64,000 bases of DNA. Origin: Malacoraja senta. Taxonomy: Eukaryota. Each line of letters starts with the position of its first letter. The stretch's first letter is position 1. The notes beneath the pieces were generated by a model that worked only from the letters and a program-made list of their open reading frames with translations, was not told the DNA's origin and made no database searches. The stretch spans positions 62,001-126,000 of the forward strand of contig JAXLNO010000455.1 in NCBI GenBank assembly GCA_038087875.1, written 5' to 3'. This document shows positions 16,191-31,890 of the stretch, piece after piece. The translations under genes and the position numbers were made by a program.

Positions 16191-19100
16191 TTTCAAACCA
16201 AATCACAATTTGCATATTCAAAAAGAACTTTTGCATTTTCAAACCATCATTTGCATTTTCAATCCAAATCACCATTAGCATTTTCAAACCAAACCACCAT
16301 TTGCATTTCCAAGCCAAATCACCATTTGCATGTTCAAGGCAAACCTTTTGCATTTTCATACCAAACCATTAGCATTTTCAATCCAAACCACCATTTGCAT
16401 TTTCAAACCAAAGCACCATTTTCATTTTCAAACAAAAGCACCATTTCCATTTTCAAACTAAATCACCGTTTGCATTTTCAAAGCAAACAACCTTTGGAAT
16501 TTTCAAAGCAAGTCTTTCGCATTTTCAAAGCAAACCTTTTGATTTTTCAAAGCAAACCTTTTGCCTTTTCAAACCAATCCATCATTTGCATTTTCACACC
16601 AAACTACCATTTGCAATTTCAAACCAAACCACCATTTGCATTTTTAATCCAATCCTTTTCCATTTTCAATCCAAACCTTTTGCATTTTCAAACCAAACCA
16701 CCATTTCAATTTTCACAACAAACCACCATTTGCATTTTCACACCAAACCACCATTTCCATTTTCAAACCAAACCACCATTTACATTTTCAAACCAAACTA
16801 CCAAATGCATTTTCAAACCAAACCACCATTGCTTTTTCAAACCAAACCACCATTTGCATTTTCAAAACAAAGCACCATTTGCATTTTCAAACAAAATCAA
16901 CATTTGCAATTTCAAACTAAATCACCGTTTGCATTTTCAAAGCAAGCAACCTTTTGAATTTTCAAAGCAAATCTTTTGCATTTTCAAAGCAAACCATTTG
17001 CATTTTCAAAGCAAACCTTTTGTCTTTTCAAAGCAAACCTTTTGCATTTTCAAACCAATCCATCATTTGCATTTTCACACCAAACCACCATTTGCATTTT
17101 CAAACCAAACCACCATTTACATTTTCAAACCAAACTACCAAATGCATTTTCAAACCAAACCACCATTGCTTTTTCAAACCAAACCACCATTTGCATTTTC
17201 AAACCAAAGCACCATTTGCATTTTCAAACCAAAGCACCATTTGCATTTTCAAACAAAATCACCATTTGCATTTTCAAACTAAATCACCGTTTGCATTTTC
17301 AAAGCAAGCAACCTTTTGAATTTTCAAAGCAAATCTTTCGCATTTTCAAAGCAAACCATTTGCACTTTCAAAGCAAACCTTTTGCCTTTTCAAAGCAAAC
17401 CTTTTGCATTTTCAAACCAATCCATCATTTGCATTTTCACACCAACCCACCATTTGCAATTTCAAACCAAACCACCATTTGAATTTTTAATCCAATCCTT
17501 TTCCATTTTCAAACCAAACCTTTTGCATTTTCAAACAAAACCACCATTTCAATGTTCAAACCAAACCACCATTTGCATTGTCACACCAAACCACCATTTG
17601 CATTTTCAAACGAAACCACCATTTACATTTTCAAACCAAACCACCAAATGCATTTTCAAACCAAACCACCATTTGCTTTTTCAAACCAAACCAGTATTTG
17701 CATTTTCAAACCAAAGCACCATTTGCATTTTCAAACAAAATCACCATTTGCATTTTCAAAGCAAATCTTTCATATTTTCAATGCAAACTTTTGCAATTTC
17801 AAAGCAAACCATTTGCATATCCAAACCAAACCTTTTGCATTTTCAAACCACCATTTGCATTTTCAAACCAAACCACCATTTACATTTTCAAACGAAACCA
17901 CCATTTGCATTTTCAAACCAAACCACCATTTGCATTTTCAAAGCAAACCTTCATTTGCATTTTCAAAGCAAAACTTTTTGCATTTTAAAAGCACACCTTT
18001 TGCCTTTTCAAAGCAAACTTTTGCATTTTCAAACCAAACCATCATTTGCATTTTCACACCGAACCACCATTTGCAATTTCAAATCAAACCTCCATTTGCA
18101 GTTTTAATCCAATCCATTTCCATTTTCAAAACAAACCTTTTGAATTTTCAAACGAAACCTTTTGCATTTTCAATACAAACCACCATTTGCATTTTCAAAC
18201 CAAACCACCATTTTCATTTTCAAAGCCAACCTTTATTTGCATTTTCAAAGCAAACCTTCATTTGCATTTTTCAAATAAAACCGTTTGCATTTTCAAAGCA
18301 AACCTTATGCATTTTCAAAGCAAACCTTTTGCTTTTTCAAAACAAACCACCATTTGCATTTTGAAACCAAACAACTATTTGCATTTTCAAACCAAACCAC
18401 CATTTCCATTTTCAAACCAAACCTTTTGCATTCTCAAACCACCATTTGCATTTTCAAACCAAACCCGCATTTGCATTTTTCAAATCAAACCGTTTGCATT
18501 TTCAAAGCAAACCTTATGCATTTTCAAAGCAAACCTTTTGAATTTTCAGACCAAACCACCATTTGCAATTTCAAACCAAACCACCATTTGCATTTTTATT
18601 CCAATCCCCTTCCATTTTCAAACCTAACATTTTTCATTTTCAAACCAAACCACCATTTGCATTTTCAAACCAAACCAACATTTGCATGTTCACAACAAAG
18701 CACCGTTTGCATTTTCAAACTAAACCACCATTTACATTTTCAACCAAAGCACCATTTTCATTTTCAAACCAAACCACCATTTGCATTTTCAAAGCAAACG
18801 TTAATTTGCATTTTCAAAGCAAACCTTTTGCATTTTCAAAGCAAATCGTTTGCATTTTAAAGCAAACCTTTTGCATTTTCAAACCAAACCACCATTTGCA
18901 TTTTCAAACCAAACCACCATTTGCCTTTTCAAAGCAAACCTTCATTTGCATTTTCAAAGCAAAACTTTCGCACTTTCAAAGCAAACCTTTTGCATTTTCA
19001 CAGCAAACCTTTTGCATTTACAAACCAAGCCAACATTTCCGATTTCAAACTAAACCATCATTTGCATTTTCACACCAAACCACGAATTGTAATTTCAAAC

Positions 19101-22100
19101 CAAACCACCATTTACATTTTTAATCCAATCCTTTTCCATTTTCAAACCAAACCTTTTGCATTTTCAAACCAAACCACCATTTCCATTTTCAAACCAAACC
19201 ACCATTTCCATTTTCACACCAAACCACCGTTTGCATTTTCAAAATAAACCACCATTTGCGTTTTCAAACCAAACCATCCTTTGCATTTTCACACCAAACC
19301 ACCATTTGCAATTTCAAACCAAACTACCATTTGCATTTTAATCCAATCCTCTTCCATTTTCAAACCTAACATTTTGCATTTTCAAACGAAACCTTTTGCA
19401 TTTTCAAACCAAACCACCATTTGCATTTTCAAACCAAACCACCATTTGCATTTTCAAAGCAAAGCACCATTTGCTTGTTCAAACAAAATCAGCATTTGCA
19501 TTTTCAAACCAAACCACCTTTTGCATTTTCAAAGCAAACCACCTTTTGAATTTTCAAAGCAAATCTTTCACATTTTCAAAGCAAACCTTTTACATTTTCA
19601 AAGCAAACCTTTTTCCTTTTCAAAGCAAACCTTTTGCATTTTCAAACCAAACCATCATTTGCATTTTCACACCAACCACCATTTGCAATTTCAAATCGAA
19701 CCAACATTTGCATTTTCAAACCAAACCACCTTTTGCATTTTCAAACCAATCCATCATTTGCATTTTCACACCAAACCACCATTTGCAATTTCAAACCAAA
19801 CCACCATTTGAATTTTTAATCCAATCCTTTTCCATTTTCAAACCAAACCTTTTGCATTTTCAAACAAAACCACCATTTCAATGTTCAAACCAAACCACCA
19901 TTTGCATTGTCACACCAAACCACCATTTGCATTTTCAAACGAAACCACCATTTACATTTTCAAACCAAACCACCAAATGCATTTTCAAACCAAACCACCA
20001 TTTGCTTTTTCAAACCAAACCAGCATTTGCATTATCAAACCAATGCACCATTTGCATTTTCAAACAAAATCACCATTTGCATTTTCAAAGCAAATCTTTC
20101 ATATTTTCAATGCAAACGTTTGCATTTTCAAAGCAAACCATTTGCATATCCAAACCAAACCTTTTGCATTTTCAAACCACCATTTGCATTTTCAAACCAA
20201 ACCACCATTTACATTTTCAAACGAAACCACCATTTGCATTTTCAAACCAAACCACCATTTGCATTTTCAAAGCAAACCTTCATTTGCATTTTCAAAGCAA
20301 AACTTTTGCATTTTAAAAGCACACCTTTTGCCTTTTCAAAGCAAACTTTTGCATTTTCAAACCAAACCATCATTTGCATTTTCACACCGAACCACCATTT
20401 GCAATTTCAAATCAAACCTCCATTTGCAGTTTTAATCCAATCCATTTCCATTTTCAAAGCAAACCTTTTGCATTTTCAAACGAAACCTTTTGCATTTTCA
20501 ATACAAACCACCATTTGCATTTTCAAACCAAACCACCATTTTCATTTTCAAAGCCAACCTTTATTTGCATTTTCAAAGCAAACCCTCATTTGCATTTTTC
20601 AAATCAAAGCGTTTGCATTTTCAAAGCAAACCTTATGCATTTTCAAAGCAAACCTTTTACTTTTTCAAAACAAACCACCATTTGCATTTTGAAACCAAAC
20701 AACTATTTGCATTTTCAAACCAAACCACCATTTACATTTTCAAACCAAACCTTTTGCATTTTCAAACCACCATTTGCATTTTCAAACCAAACACGCATTT
20801 GCATTTTTCAAATCAAACCGTTTGCATTTTCAAAGCAAACCTTATGCATTTTCAAAGCAAACCTTTTGAATTTTCAGACCAAACCACCATTTGCAATTTC
20901 AAACCAAACCACCATTTGCATTTTCAAACCAAACCAATATTTGCATGTTCACAACAAACCACCGTTTGCATTTTCAAACTAAACCACCATTTACATTTTC
21001 AACCAAACCACCATTTTCATTTTCAAACCAAACCACCATTTGCATTTTCAAAGCAAACGTTAATTTGCATTTTCAAAGCAAACCTTTTGCATTTTCAAAG
21101 CAAACCTTTTGCATTTGCAAAGCAAATCGTTTGCATTTTAAAGCAAACCTTTTGCATTTCAAACCAAACCACCATTTGCATTTTCAAACCAAACCACCAT
21201 TTGCATTTTCAAAGCAAACCTTCATTTGCATTTTCAAAGCAAAACTTTCGCACTTTCAAAGCAAACCTTTTGCATTTTCACAGCAAACCTTTTGCATTTA
21301 TAAACCAAGCGAACATATCCGATTTCAAACTAAACCATCATTTGCATTTTCACACCAAATCACGAATTGCAATTTCAAACCAAACCACCATTTACATTTT
21401 TAATCCAAATTTTTCCATTTTCAAACCAAACCTTTTGCATTTTCAAACCAAACCACCATTTCCATTTTCAAACCAAACCACCATTTCCATTTTCACACCA
21501 AACCACCGTTTGCATTTTCAAACTAATCCACCATTTGCGTTTTCAAACCAAACCATCATTTGCATTTTCACACCAAACCACCATTTGCAATTTCAAACCA
21601 AACTACCATTTGCATTTTTAATCCAATCCTCTTACATTTTCAAACCTAACATTTTGCATTTTCAAACGAAACCTTTTGCATTTTCAAACCAAACCACCAT
21701 TTGCATTTTCAAACCAAACCTCCTTTTGCATTTTGAAATCAAACCACCTTTTGTATTTTCAAAGCAAATCTTTCGCATTTTGAAAGCAAACTTTTTGCAT
21801 TTTCAAAGCAAACCTTTTGCCTTTACAAAGTAAACCTTTTGCATTTTCAAACCGAACCACCATTTGCATTTTCACACCAAACCACCATTTGCAATTTCAA
21901 ATCGAACCACCATTTGCATTTTTAAACCAATTATTTTCCATTTTAGCCAAACCTTTTGCATTTTCAAACGAAACCTTTTGCATTTGCAAACAAAACCACC
22001 ATTTGGATTTTCAAACCCTTCAACCATTTGCATTTTCAAACCAAACCACCATTTGTATTTTCAAACTAAACCACCATTTACATTTTCAAACCAAACCACC

Positions 22101-23439
22101 ATTTGCATTTTCAAACCAAACCACCATTTTCATTTTCAAAGCAAACCTTCATTTGCATTTTCAAAGCAAACCTTCATTTGCATTTTTCAAAGCAGACCTT
22201 TTGCATTTTCAAAACAAACCTTTTGCAATTTCAAACCAAACCACCATTTGCATTTTCAAACCAATCCTTTTGCATTTTCAAACCATCATTCGCATTTTCA
22301 ATCCAAACCACCATATGCATTTTCAAACCAAACCACCATTTGCATTTTCAAGCGAAATCACCATTTGCATTTTCAAGGCAAACGTTTTGCATTTTCATAC
22401 CAAACCTTTTGCACTTTCAAACCAAACCACCGCTTGCATTTTCAATGCAAACCACCTTTTGAATTTTCAAAGCAAATCTTTCGCATTTTCAAACCAAACT
22501 TTTTGCATTTTCAATCCAATCCTTTTCCATTTTCAAACCAAACCGTTTGCATTTTCAAACATAACCACCATTTCCATTTTCAAACCAAACCACCATTTGC
22601 ATTTTCACACCAAACCACATTTGCATGTTCAACTAAACCACCATTTACATTTTCAAACCAAACCACCATTGACATTTTCAAACCAAACCACCTTTGCATT
22701 TTCAAAGCAAACATTCATTTGCATTTTCCTAGCAAACCTTTTGCAATTTCAAAGCAAATATTTTGCACCTTCAAAGTAAACCTTTTGCATTTTCAAACCA
22801 AACCACCATTTGCATTTATAAACCAAACCATCATTTGCATTTTCAAGGCAAACCTTTTTCATTTTCAAAACAAACCTTTTGCATTTTCATACCAAATCTA
22901 CTTCACTTTCAAACCAAACCTTTTGAATTTTCAAACCAAACCACCATTTGCATTTTCAAACCAAAGCACCATTTGAATTTTAACACCAAATTCACCATTT
23001 GTAATTTCAAACTAAACCACCATTTGCAATTTAAATCCGATCTTTTCCCATTTATAAGCCAAACCTTTTGCATTTTCAAACGAAACCTTTTGCATTTTCA
23101 AACCAAACCGCCATTTGCTTTTTCAAACCAATCAACTATTTGTATTTTCAAACCAAACCACCATTTGCATTTTCGTACCAAACCACCGTTTGCATTTTCA
23201 AAGCAAACCACCTTTTGAATTTTCAAAGCAAATCTTTCGCATTTTCAAAGCAAACTTTTTGTATTTTCAATCCAATCCTTTTCCATTTTCAAACCAAACC
23301 TTTAGCATTTTCAAACCAATCCACCATTTCCATTTTCAAACCAAACCACCATTTGCATTTTCACACCAAACCACCATTTGCATTTTCAAACTAAACCACC
23401 ATTTACATTTTCAAACCAAACTACCATTTACATTTTCAA

Positions 23440-26400
23440 ACCAAACCACCTTTTGCATTTTCAAAGCAAACATTCATTTGCATTTTCCTAGCAAACCGTT
23501 TGCAATTTCAAAGCAAATATTTTGCATTTTCAAAGCAAACCTTTTGCATTTTCAAACCAAACCACCATTTGCATTTTCAAACCAAACCACCATTTTCATT
23601 TTTAAACCAAACCACCATTTGCATTTTCAAGGCAAACCTTTTTCATTTTCAAAGCAAACCTTTTGCATTTACATACCAAATCTATTGCACTTTCAAACCA
23701 AACATTTTGCATTTTCAAACCAAACTACCATTTGCATTTTCAAACCAAACCACCATTTGCTTTTTAAACCAATCAACTATTTGCATTTTCAACCCAAACC
23801 ATCATTTGAATTTTCAAACCCAACCACCATTTTCATTTTCAAAGCGAACCTTTTGCATTTCCAAAGCAAACCATTTGCATTTTCAAACCAATCCACCATT
23901 TGCATTTTCAACCCAAACCACCATTTGCATTTTCAAAACAAACCTTTTGCATTTTCTAACCACAATTTGCATTTTCAAACCAAACCACCATATGCAATTT
24001 CAAATCAAACCACCATTTGCTTTTCCAAACCAAACCAGCATTTTCATTTTCAAAGTAAATTTTCACTTCCATTTTCAAAGCAAACCTTCATTTGCATTTT
24101 TCAAAGCAAACTTTTTGAATTTTTAATCCAATCCTTTTCCATTTTCAAACCAAACCTTTTGCATTTTCAAACCAAACCACCGTTTGCATTTTCACACCAA
24201 ACCACCATTTTTTATTGTCAAACGAAACCACCATTTACATTTTCAAACCAAACCACCATATGCATTTTCAAACCAAAAAAACATTTGCTTTTTCAAACCA
24301 AACCAGCATTTGCAATTTCAAACTAAACCACCATTTGCATTTTAATCCAATCATCTTCCATTTTCAAAGCAAACCTTTTGCATTTTCAAACCTAACTACC
24401 ATTTCCATTTTCAAACCAAACGACCATTTGAATTTTCACACCAAACCACAATTTGCTTTTTCAAACTAAACCAACATTTACATTTTCAAACCAAACCACC
24501 ATTTACATTTTCAAACCAAACCACCATTTGCATTTTCAAAGCAAACATTCATTTGCATTTTCCTAGCAAACCTTTTGCAATTTCAAAGCAAATATTTTGC
24601 ACTTTCAAAGCAAACCTTTTGCATTTTCAAACCGAACCATCATTTGCATTTTCAAACCAACCCACCATTTGCATTTTAAAACCAAACCACTATTTGAATT
24701 TTTAAACCAAACCATCATTTGCATTTTCAAGGCAAACCTTTTTCATTTTCAAAGCAAACCTTTTGCATTTTCATACCAAATCTATTTCACTTTCAAACCA
24801 AACCTTTTGAATTTTCAAACCAAACCACCATTTGCATTTTCAAACCAAAGCACCATTTGCATTTTAACACCAAATTCACCATTTGTAATTTCAAACTAAA
24901 CCACCATTTGCATTTTAAATCCAATCTTTTTCCATTTTTAAGCCAAACCTTTTGCATTTTCAAACGAAACCTTTTGCATTTTCAAACCAAACCACCATTT
25001 GCTTTTTTGAAACAAATCAACTATTTGTATTTTCAAACCAAACCACCATTTGCATTTTCATACCAAACCACCGTTTGCATTTTCAAAGCAAACCACCTTT
25101 TGAATTTTCAAAGCAAATCTTTCGCATTTTCAAAGCAAACATTTTGCATTTTCAATCCAATCCTTTTCCATTTTCAAACCAAACCTTTTGCATTTCAAAC
25201 CAAACCACCATTTCCATTTTCAAACCAAACCACCATTTACATTTTCAAACCAAACCATCATTTGCATTTTCATAGCAAACCTTTTGCATTTTGAAACCAA
25301 ACTACCATTTGCATTTTCAAACCAAACCACCATTTGCATTTTTAAACCAAACGACCATTTGCATTTTCAAGGCAAACCTTTTTCATTTTCAAAGCAAACC
25401 TTTTGCATTTTTATACCAAATCTATTGCACTTTCAAACCAAACATTTTGCATTTTCAAACCAAACTACCAGTTGCATTTTCAAACCAAACCACCATTTAC
25501 TTTTTCAAACCAATCAAATATTTGCATTTTCAACCCAAACCACCATTTGAATTTTCAACCCAAACCACCATTTGCATTTTCAAAACAAACCGTTTGCATT
25601 TTCTAACCACAATTTGCATTTTCAAACCAAACCACCATATGCATTTTCAAATCAAACCACCATTTGCTTTTCCAAAACAAACCAGCATTTTCATTTTCAA
25701 AGCAAACTTTCACTTGCATTTTCAAAGCAAACCTTCATTTGCATTTTTCAAAGCAAACCTTTTGCATTTTCAAAGCAAACCTTTTGCATTTTCAAAGCAA
25801 ACCTTTTGCATTTTCGAAGCAAACCTTTTATATTTTCAAAGCAAACCACCTTTTGCATTTTCGATGCAAATCTTTTGTATTTTCAAAGCAAACCTTTTGC
25901 ATTTTCAAACCAAATAACCTTTTGCATTTTCAGATCAAACCACCATTTGCGTTTTCAAACCAAACCATCATTTGCATTTTCACACCAAACCACCATTTGC
26001 GTTTTCAAACCAAACCACCATTTGCATTTTCTAGCCGAACATTTTGCATTTTCAAACAACCATTTGCATTCTCAAACCAATCCACCATATGCATTTTCAA
26101 ACAAAACCACCATTTGCATTTTCAAACCAAACCATCATTTGCATTTTCACACCAATCCACCATTTGCAATTTCAATCCGAACCACCATTTGAATTTTTAA
26201 TCCAATCCTTTTCCATTTTCAAACCAAACCTTTTGCATTTTCAAACCAAACCACCATATGCCTTTTCAAACCAAAAAACCATTTGCTTTTTCAAACCAAA
26301 CCAGCATTTGCGTTTTCAAACCAAACCACCATTTCCATTTTCAAACCAAACCACCATTTGCATTTTCACACCAAACCACCATTTGTATTTTCAAACGAAA

Positions 26401-29400
26401 CCACCATTTACATTTTCAAACCAAACCACCATATTCATTTTGAAACCAAAAAAACATTTGCTTTTTCAAACCAAACCAGCATTTGCAATTTCAAACCAAA
26501 CCACCATTTGCATTTTTAATCCAATCATCTTCCATTTTCAAACCAATCCTTTTGCATTTTCAAACCACCATTTGCATTTTCAAACCAAACCACCATTTAC
26601 ATTTTCAAACCAAACCACCATTTGCATTTTCAAGCCAAACCACCATTTGCATTTTCAAAGCAAACCTTCATTTGCATTTTCAAAGCAAAACTTTTGCATT
26701 TTCAAAGCAAATCTTTCGCATTTTCAAAGCAAACCTTTTGCATTTTCATACGAAACCTTTTGAATTTTCAATCCAAACCACCATTTTCATTTTCAAAGAA
26801 AACCTTCATTTGCATTTTCAAAGCAAACCGTCATTTGTATTTTTCAAATCAAACCGTTTGCATTCTCAAAGCAAACCTTATGCATTTTCAAAGCAAACCT
26901 TTTGCTTTTTCAAAACAAACCACCATTTGCATTTTCAAACCAAACCACCATTTGCATTTTCAAAGCAAACATTCATTTGCATTTTCCTAGCAAACCGTTT
27001 GCAATTTCAAAGCAAATATTTTGCATTTTCAAAGCAAACCTTTTGCATTTTCAAACCAAACCACCATTTGCATTTTCAAACCAAACCACCATTTTCATTT
27101 TTAAACCAAACCACCATTTGCATTTTCAAGGCAAACCTTTTTCATTTTCAAAGCAAACCTTTTGCATTTACATACCAAATCTATTGCACTTTCAAACCAA
27201 ACATTTTGCATTTTCAAACCAAACTACCATTTGCATTTTCAAACCAAACCACCATTTGCTTTTTAAACCAATCAACTATTTGCATTTTCAACCCAAACCA
27301 TCATTTGAATTTTCAAACCCAACCACCATTTTCATTTTCAAAGCGAACCTTTTGCATTTCCAAAGCAAACCATTTGCATTTTCAAACCAATCCACCATTT
27401 GCATTTTCAACCCAAACCACCATTTGCATTTTCAAAACAAACCTTTTGCATTTTCTAACCACAATTTGCATTTTCAAACCAAACCACCATATGCAATTTC
27501 AAATCAAACCACCATTTGCTTTTCCAAACCAAACCAGCATTTTCATTTTCAAAGTAAATTTTCACTTCCATTTTCAAAGCAAACCTTCATTTGCATTTTT
27601 CAAAGCAAACCTTTTGCATTTTCAAAGCAAACATTTTGCATTTTCAAAGCAAACCTTTTGCATTTTCGAAGCAAACCTTTTATATTTTCAAAGCAAACTT
27701 TTTGAATTTTTAATCCAATCCTTTTCCATTTTCAAACCAAACCTTTTGCATTTTCAAACCAAACCACCGTTTGCATTTTCACACCAAACCACCATTTTTT
27801 ATTGTCAAACGAAACCACCATTTACATTTTCAAACCAAACCACCATATGCATTTTCAAACCAAAAAAACATTTGCTTTTTCAAACCAAACCAGCATTTGC
27901 AATTTCAAACTAAACCACCATTTGCATTTTAATCCAATCATCTTCCATTTTCAAAGCAAACCTTTTGCATTTTCAAACCTAACTACCATTTCCATTTTCA
28001 AACCAAACGACCATTTGAATTTTCACACCAAACCACAATTTGCTTTTTCAAACTAAACCAACATTTACATTTTCAAACCAAACCACCATTTACATTTTCA
28101 AACCAAACCACCATTTGCATTTTCAAAGCAAACATTCATTTGCATTTTCCTAGCAAACCTTTTGCAATTTCAAAGCAAATATTTTGCACTTTCAAAGCAA
28201 ACCTTTTGCATTTTCAAACCGAACCATCATTTGCATTTTCAAACCAACCCACCATTTGCATTTTAAAACCAAACCACTATTTGAATTTTTAAACCAAACC
28301 ATCATTTGCATTTTCAAGGCAAACCTTTTTCATTTTCAAAGCAAACCTTTTGCATTTTCATACCAAATCTATTTCACTTTCAAACCAAACCTTTTGAATT
28401 TTCAAACCAAACCACCATTTGCATTTTCAAACCAAAGCACCATTTGCATTTTAACACCAAATTCACCATTTGTAATTTCAAACTAAACCACCATTTGCAT
28501 TTTAAATCCAATCTTTTTCCATTTTTAAGCCAAACCTTTTGCATTTTCAAACGAAACCTTTTGCATTTTCAAACCAAACCACCATTTGCTTTTTTGAAAC
28601 AAATCAACTATTTGTATTTTCAAACCAAACCACCATTTGCATTTTCATACCAAACCACCGTTTGCATTTTCAAAGCAAACCACCTTTTGAATTTTCAAAG
28701 CAAATCTTTCGCATTTTCAAAGCAAACATTTTGCATTTTCAATCCAATCCTTTTCCATTTTCAAACCAAACCTTTTGCATTTCAAACCAAACCACCATTT
28801 CCATTTTCAAACCAAACCACCATTTACATTTTCAAACCAAACCATCATTTGCATTTTCATAGCAAACCTTTTGCATTTTGAAACCAAACTACCATTTGCA
28901 TTTTCAAACCAAACCACCATTTGCATTTTTAAACCAAACCACCATTTGCATTTTCAAGGCAAACCTTTTTCATTTTCAAAGCAAACCTTTTGCATTTTTA
29001 TACCAAATCTATTGCACTTTCAAACCAAACATTTTGCATTTTCAAACCAAACTACCAGTTGCATTTTCAAACCAAACCACCATTTACTTTTTCAAACCAA
29101 TCAAATATTTGCATTTTCAACCCAAACCACCATTTGAATTTTCAACCCAAACCACCATTTGCATTTTCAAAACAAACCGTTTGCATTTTCTAACCACAAT
29201 TTGCATTTTCAAACCAAACCACCATATGCATTTTCAAATCAAACCACCATTTGCTTTTCCAAAACAAACCAGCATTTTCATTTTCAAAGCAAACTTTCAC
29301 TTGCATTTTCAAAGCAAACCTTCATTTGCATTTTTCAAAGCAAACCTTTTGCATTTTCAAAGCAAACCTTTTGCATTTTCAAAGCAAACCTTTTGCATTT

Positions 29401-30540
29401 TCGAAGCAAACCTTTTATATTTTCAAAGCAAACCACCTTTTGCATTTTCGATGCAAATCTTTTGTATTTTCAAAGCAAACCTTTTGCATTTTCAAACCAA
29501 ATAACCTTTTGCATTTTCAGATCAAACCACCATTTGCGTTTTCAAACCAAACCATCATTTGCATTTTCACACCAAACCACCATTTGCGTTTTCAAACCAA
29601 ACCACCATTTGCATTTTCTAGCCGAACATTTTGCATTTTCAAACAACCATTTGCATTCTCAAACCAATCCACCATATGCATTTTCAAACAAAACCACCAT
29701 TTGCATTTTCAAACCAAACCATCATTTGCATTTTCACACCAATCCACCATTTGCAATTTCAATCCGAACCACCATTTGAATTTTTAATCCAATCCTTTTC
29801 CATTTTCAAACCAAACCTTTTGCATTTTCAAACCAAACCACCATATGCCTTTTCAAACCAAAAAACCATTTGCTTTTTCAAACCAAACCAGCATTTGCGT
29901 TTTCAAACCAAACCACCATTTCCATTTTCAAACCAAACCACCATTTGCATTTTCACACCAAACCACCATTTGTATTTTCAAACGAAACCACCATTTACAT
30001 TTTCAAACCAAACCACCATATGCATTTTGAAACCAAAAAAACATTTGCTTTTTCAAACCAAACCAGCATTTGCAATTTCAAACCAAACCACCATTTGCAT
30101 TTTTAATCCAATCATCTTCCATTTTCAAACCAATCCTTTTGCATTTTCAAACCACCATTTGCATTTTCAAACCAAACCACCATTTACATTTTCAAACCAA
30201 ACCACCATTTGCATTTTCAAGCCAAACCACCATTTGCATTTTCAAAGCAAACCTTCATTTGCATTTTCAAAGCAAAACTTTTGCATTTTCAAAGCAAATC
30301 TTTCGCATTTTCAAAGCAAACCTTTTGCATTTTCATACGAAACCTTTTGAATTTTCAATCCAAACCACCATTTTCATTTTCAAAGAAAACCTTCATTTGC
30401 ATTTTCAAAGCAAACCGTCATTTGTATTTTTCAAATCAAACCGTTTGCATTCTCAAAGCAAACCTTATGCATTTTCAAAGCAAACCTTTTGCTTTTTCAA
30501 AACAAACCACCATTTGCATTTTCAAACCAAACCACCATTT
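23440..30540. repeat. Higher-order tandem duplication, period ~3.5-3.6 kb
   Basis: ORFs 24215/27802, 24597/28184 and 26258/29845 are offset by 3587. The offset is 3499 upstream of an 88-bp (4 x 22) insertion at ~27610-27697. Confidence 0.9.
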
Positions 30541-31890
30541 GCATTTTCAAACCAAACCACCATTTGCATTTTCAAACAAAAACCACCATTTGCATTTTCA
30601 AATTTAACTACCATTTACATTTTCAAACCAAACCACCATTTGCATTTTCAACCCAAATCACCATTTTCATTATCAAAGCAAACCACCTTTTGAATTTTCA
30701 AAGCAAACCATCTTTTGAATTTTCAAAGCAAACTTTTGCATTTTCAAAGCAAACCTTTTGCCTTTTCAAAGCAAACATTTTGCATTTTCAAACCAAACCA
30801 TCATTTGCATTTTCACACCAATCCACCATTTGCAATTTCAATCCGAACCACCATTTGAATTTTTAATCCAATCCTTTTCCATTTTCAAACCAAACCTTTT
30901 GCATTTTCAAACCAAACCACCATATGCCTTTTCAAACCAAAAAACCATTTGCTTTTTCAAACCAAACCAGCATTTGCGTTTTCAAACCAAACCACCATTT
31001 CCATTTTCAAACCAAACCACCATTTGCATTTTCACACCAAACCACCATTTGTATTTTCAAACGAAACCACCATTTACATTTTCAAACCAAACCACCATAT
31101 GCATTTTGAAACCAAAAAAACATTTGCTTTTTCAAACCAAACCAGCATTTGCAATTTCAAACCAAACCACCATTTGCATTTTTAATCCAATCATCTTCCA
31201 TTTTCAAACCAATCCTTTTGCATTTTCAAACCACCATTTGCATTTTCAAACCAAACCACCATTTACATTTTCAAACCAAACCACCATTTGCATTTTCAAG
31301 CCAAACCACCATTTGCATTTTCAAAGCAAACCTTCATTTGCATTTTCAAAGCAAAACTTTTGCATTTTCAAAGCAAATCTTTCGCATTTTCAAAGCAAAC
31401 CTTTTGCATTTTCATACGAAACCTTTTGAATTTTCAATCCAAACCACCATTTTCATTTTCAAAGAAAACCTTCATTTGCATTTTCAAAGCAAACCGTCAT
31501 TTGTATTTTTCAAATCAAACCGTTTGCATTCTCAAAGCAAACCTTATGCATTTTCAAAGCAAACCTTTTGCTTTTTCAAAACAAACCACCATTTGCATTT
31601 TCAAACCAAACCACCATTTGCATTTTCAAACCAAACCACCATTTGCATTTTCAAACAAAAACCACCATTTGCATTTTCAAATTTAACTACCATTTACATT
31701 TTCAAACCAAACCACCATTTGCATTTTCAACCCAAATCACCATTTTCATTATCAAAGCAAACCACCTTTTGAATTTTCAAAGCAAACCATCTTTTGAATT
31801 TTCAAAGCAAACTTTTGCATTTTCAAAGCAAACCTTTTGCCTTTTCAAAGCAAACATTTTGCATTTTCAAACCAAACCATCATTTGAATT
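29700..31890. repeat. Higher-order tandem duplication, period 1079 bp
   Basis: ORFs 29845/30924, 30070/31149 and 30489/31568 are offset by 1079 with essentially identical peptides. Confidence 0.9.
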
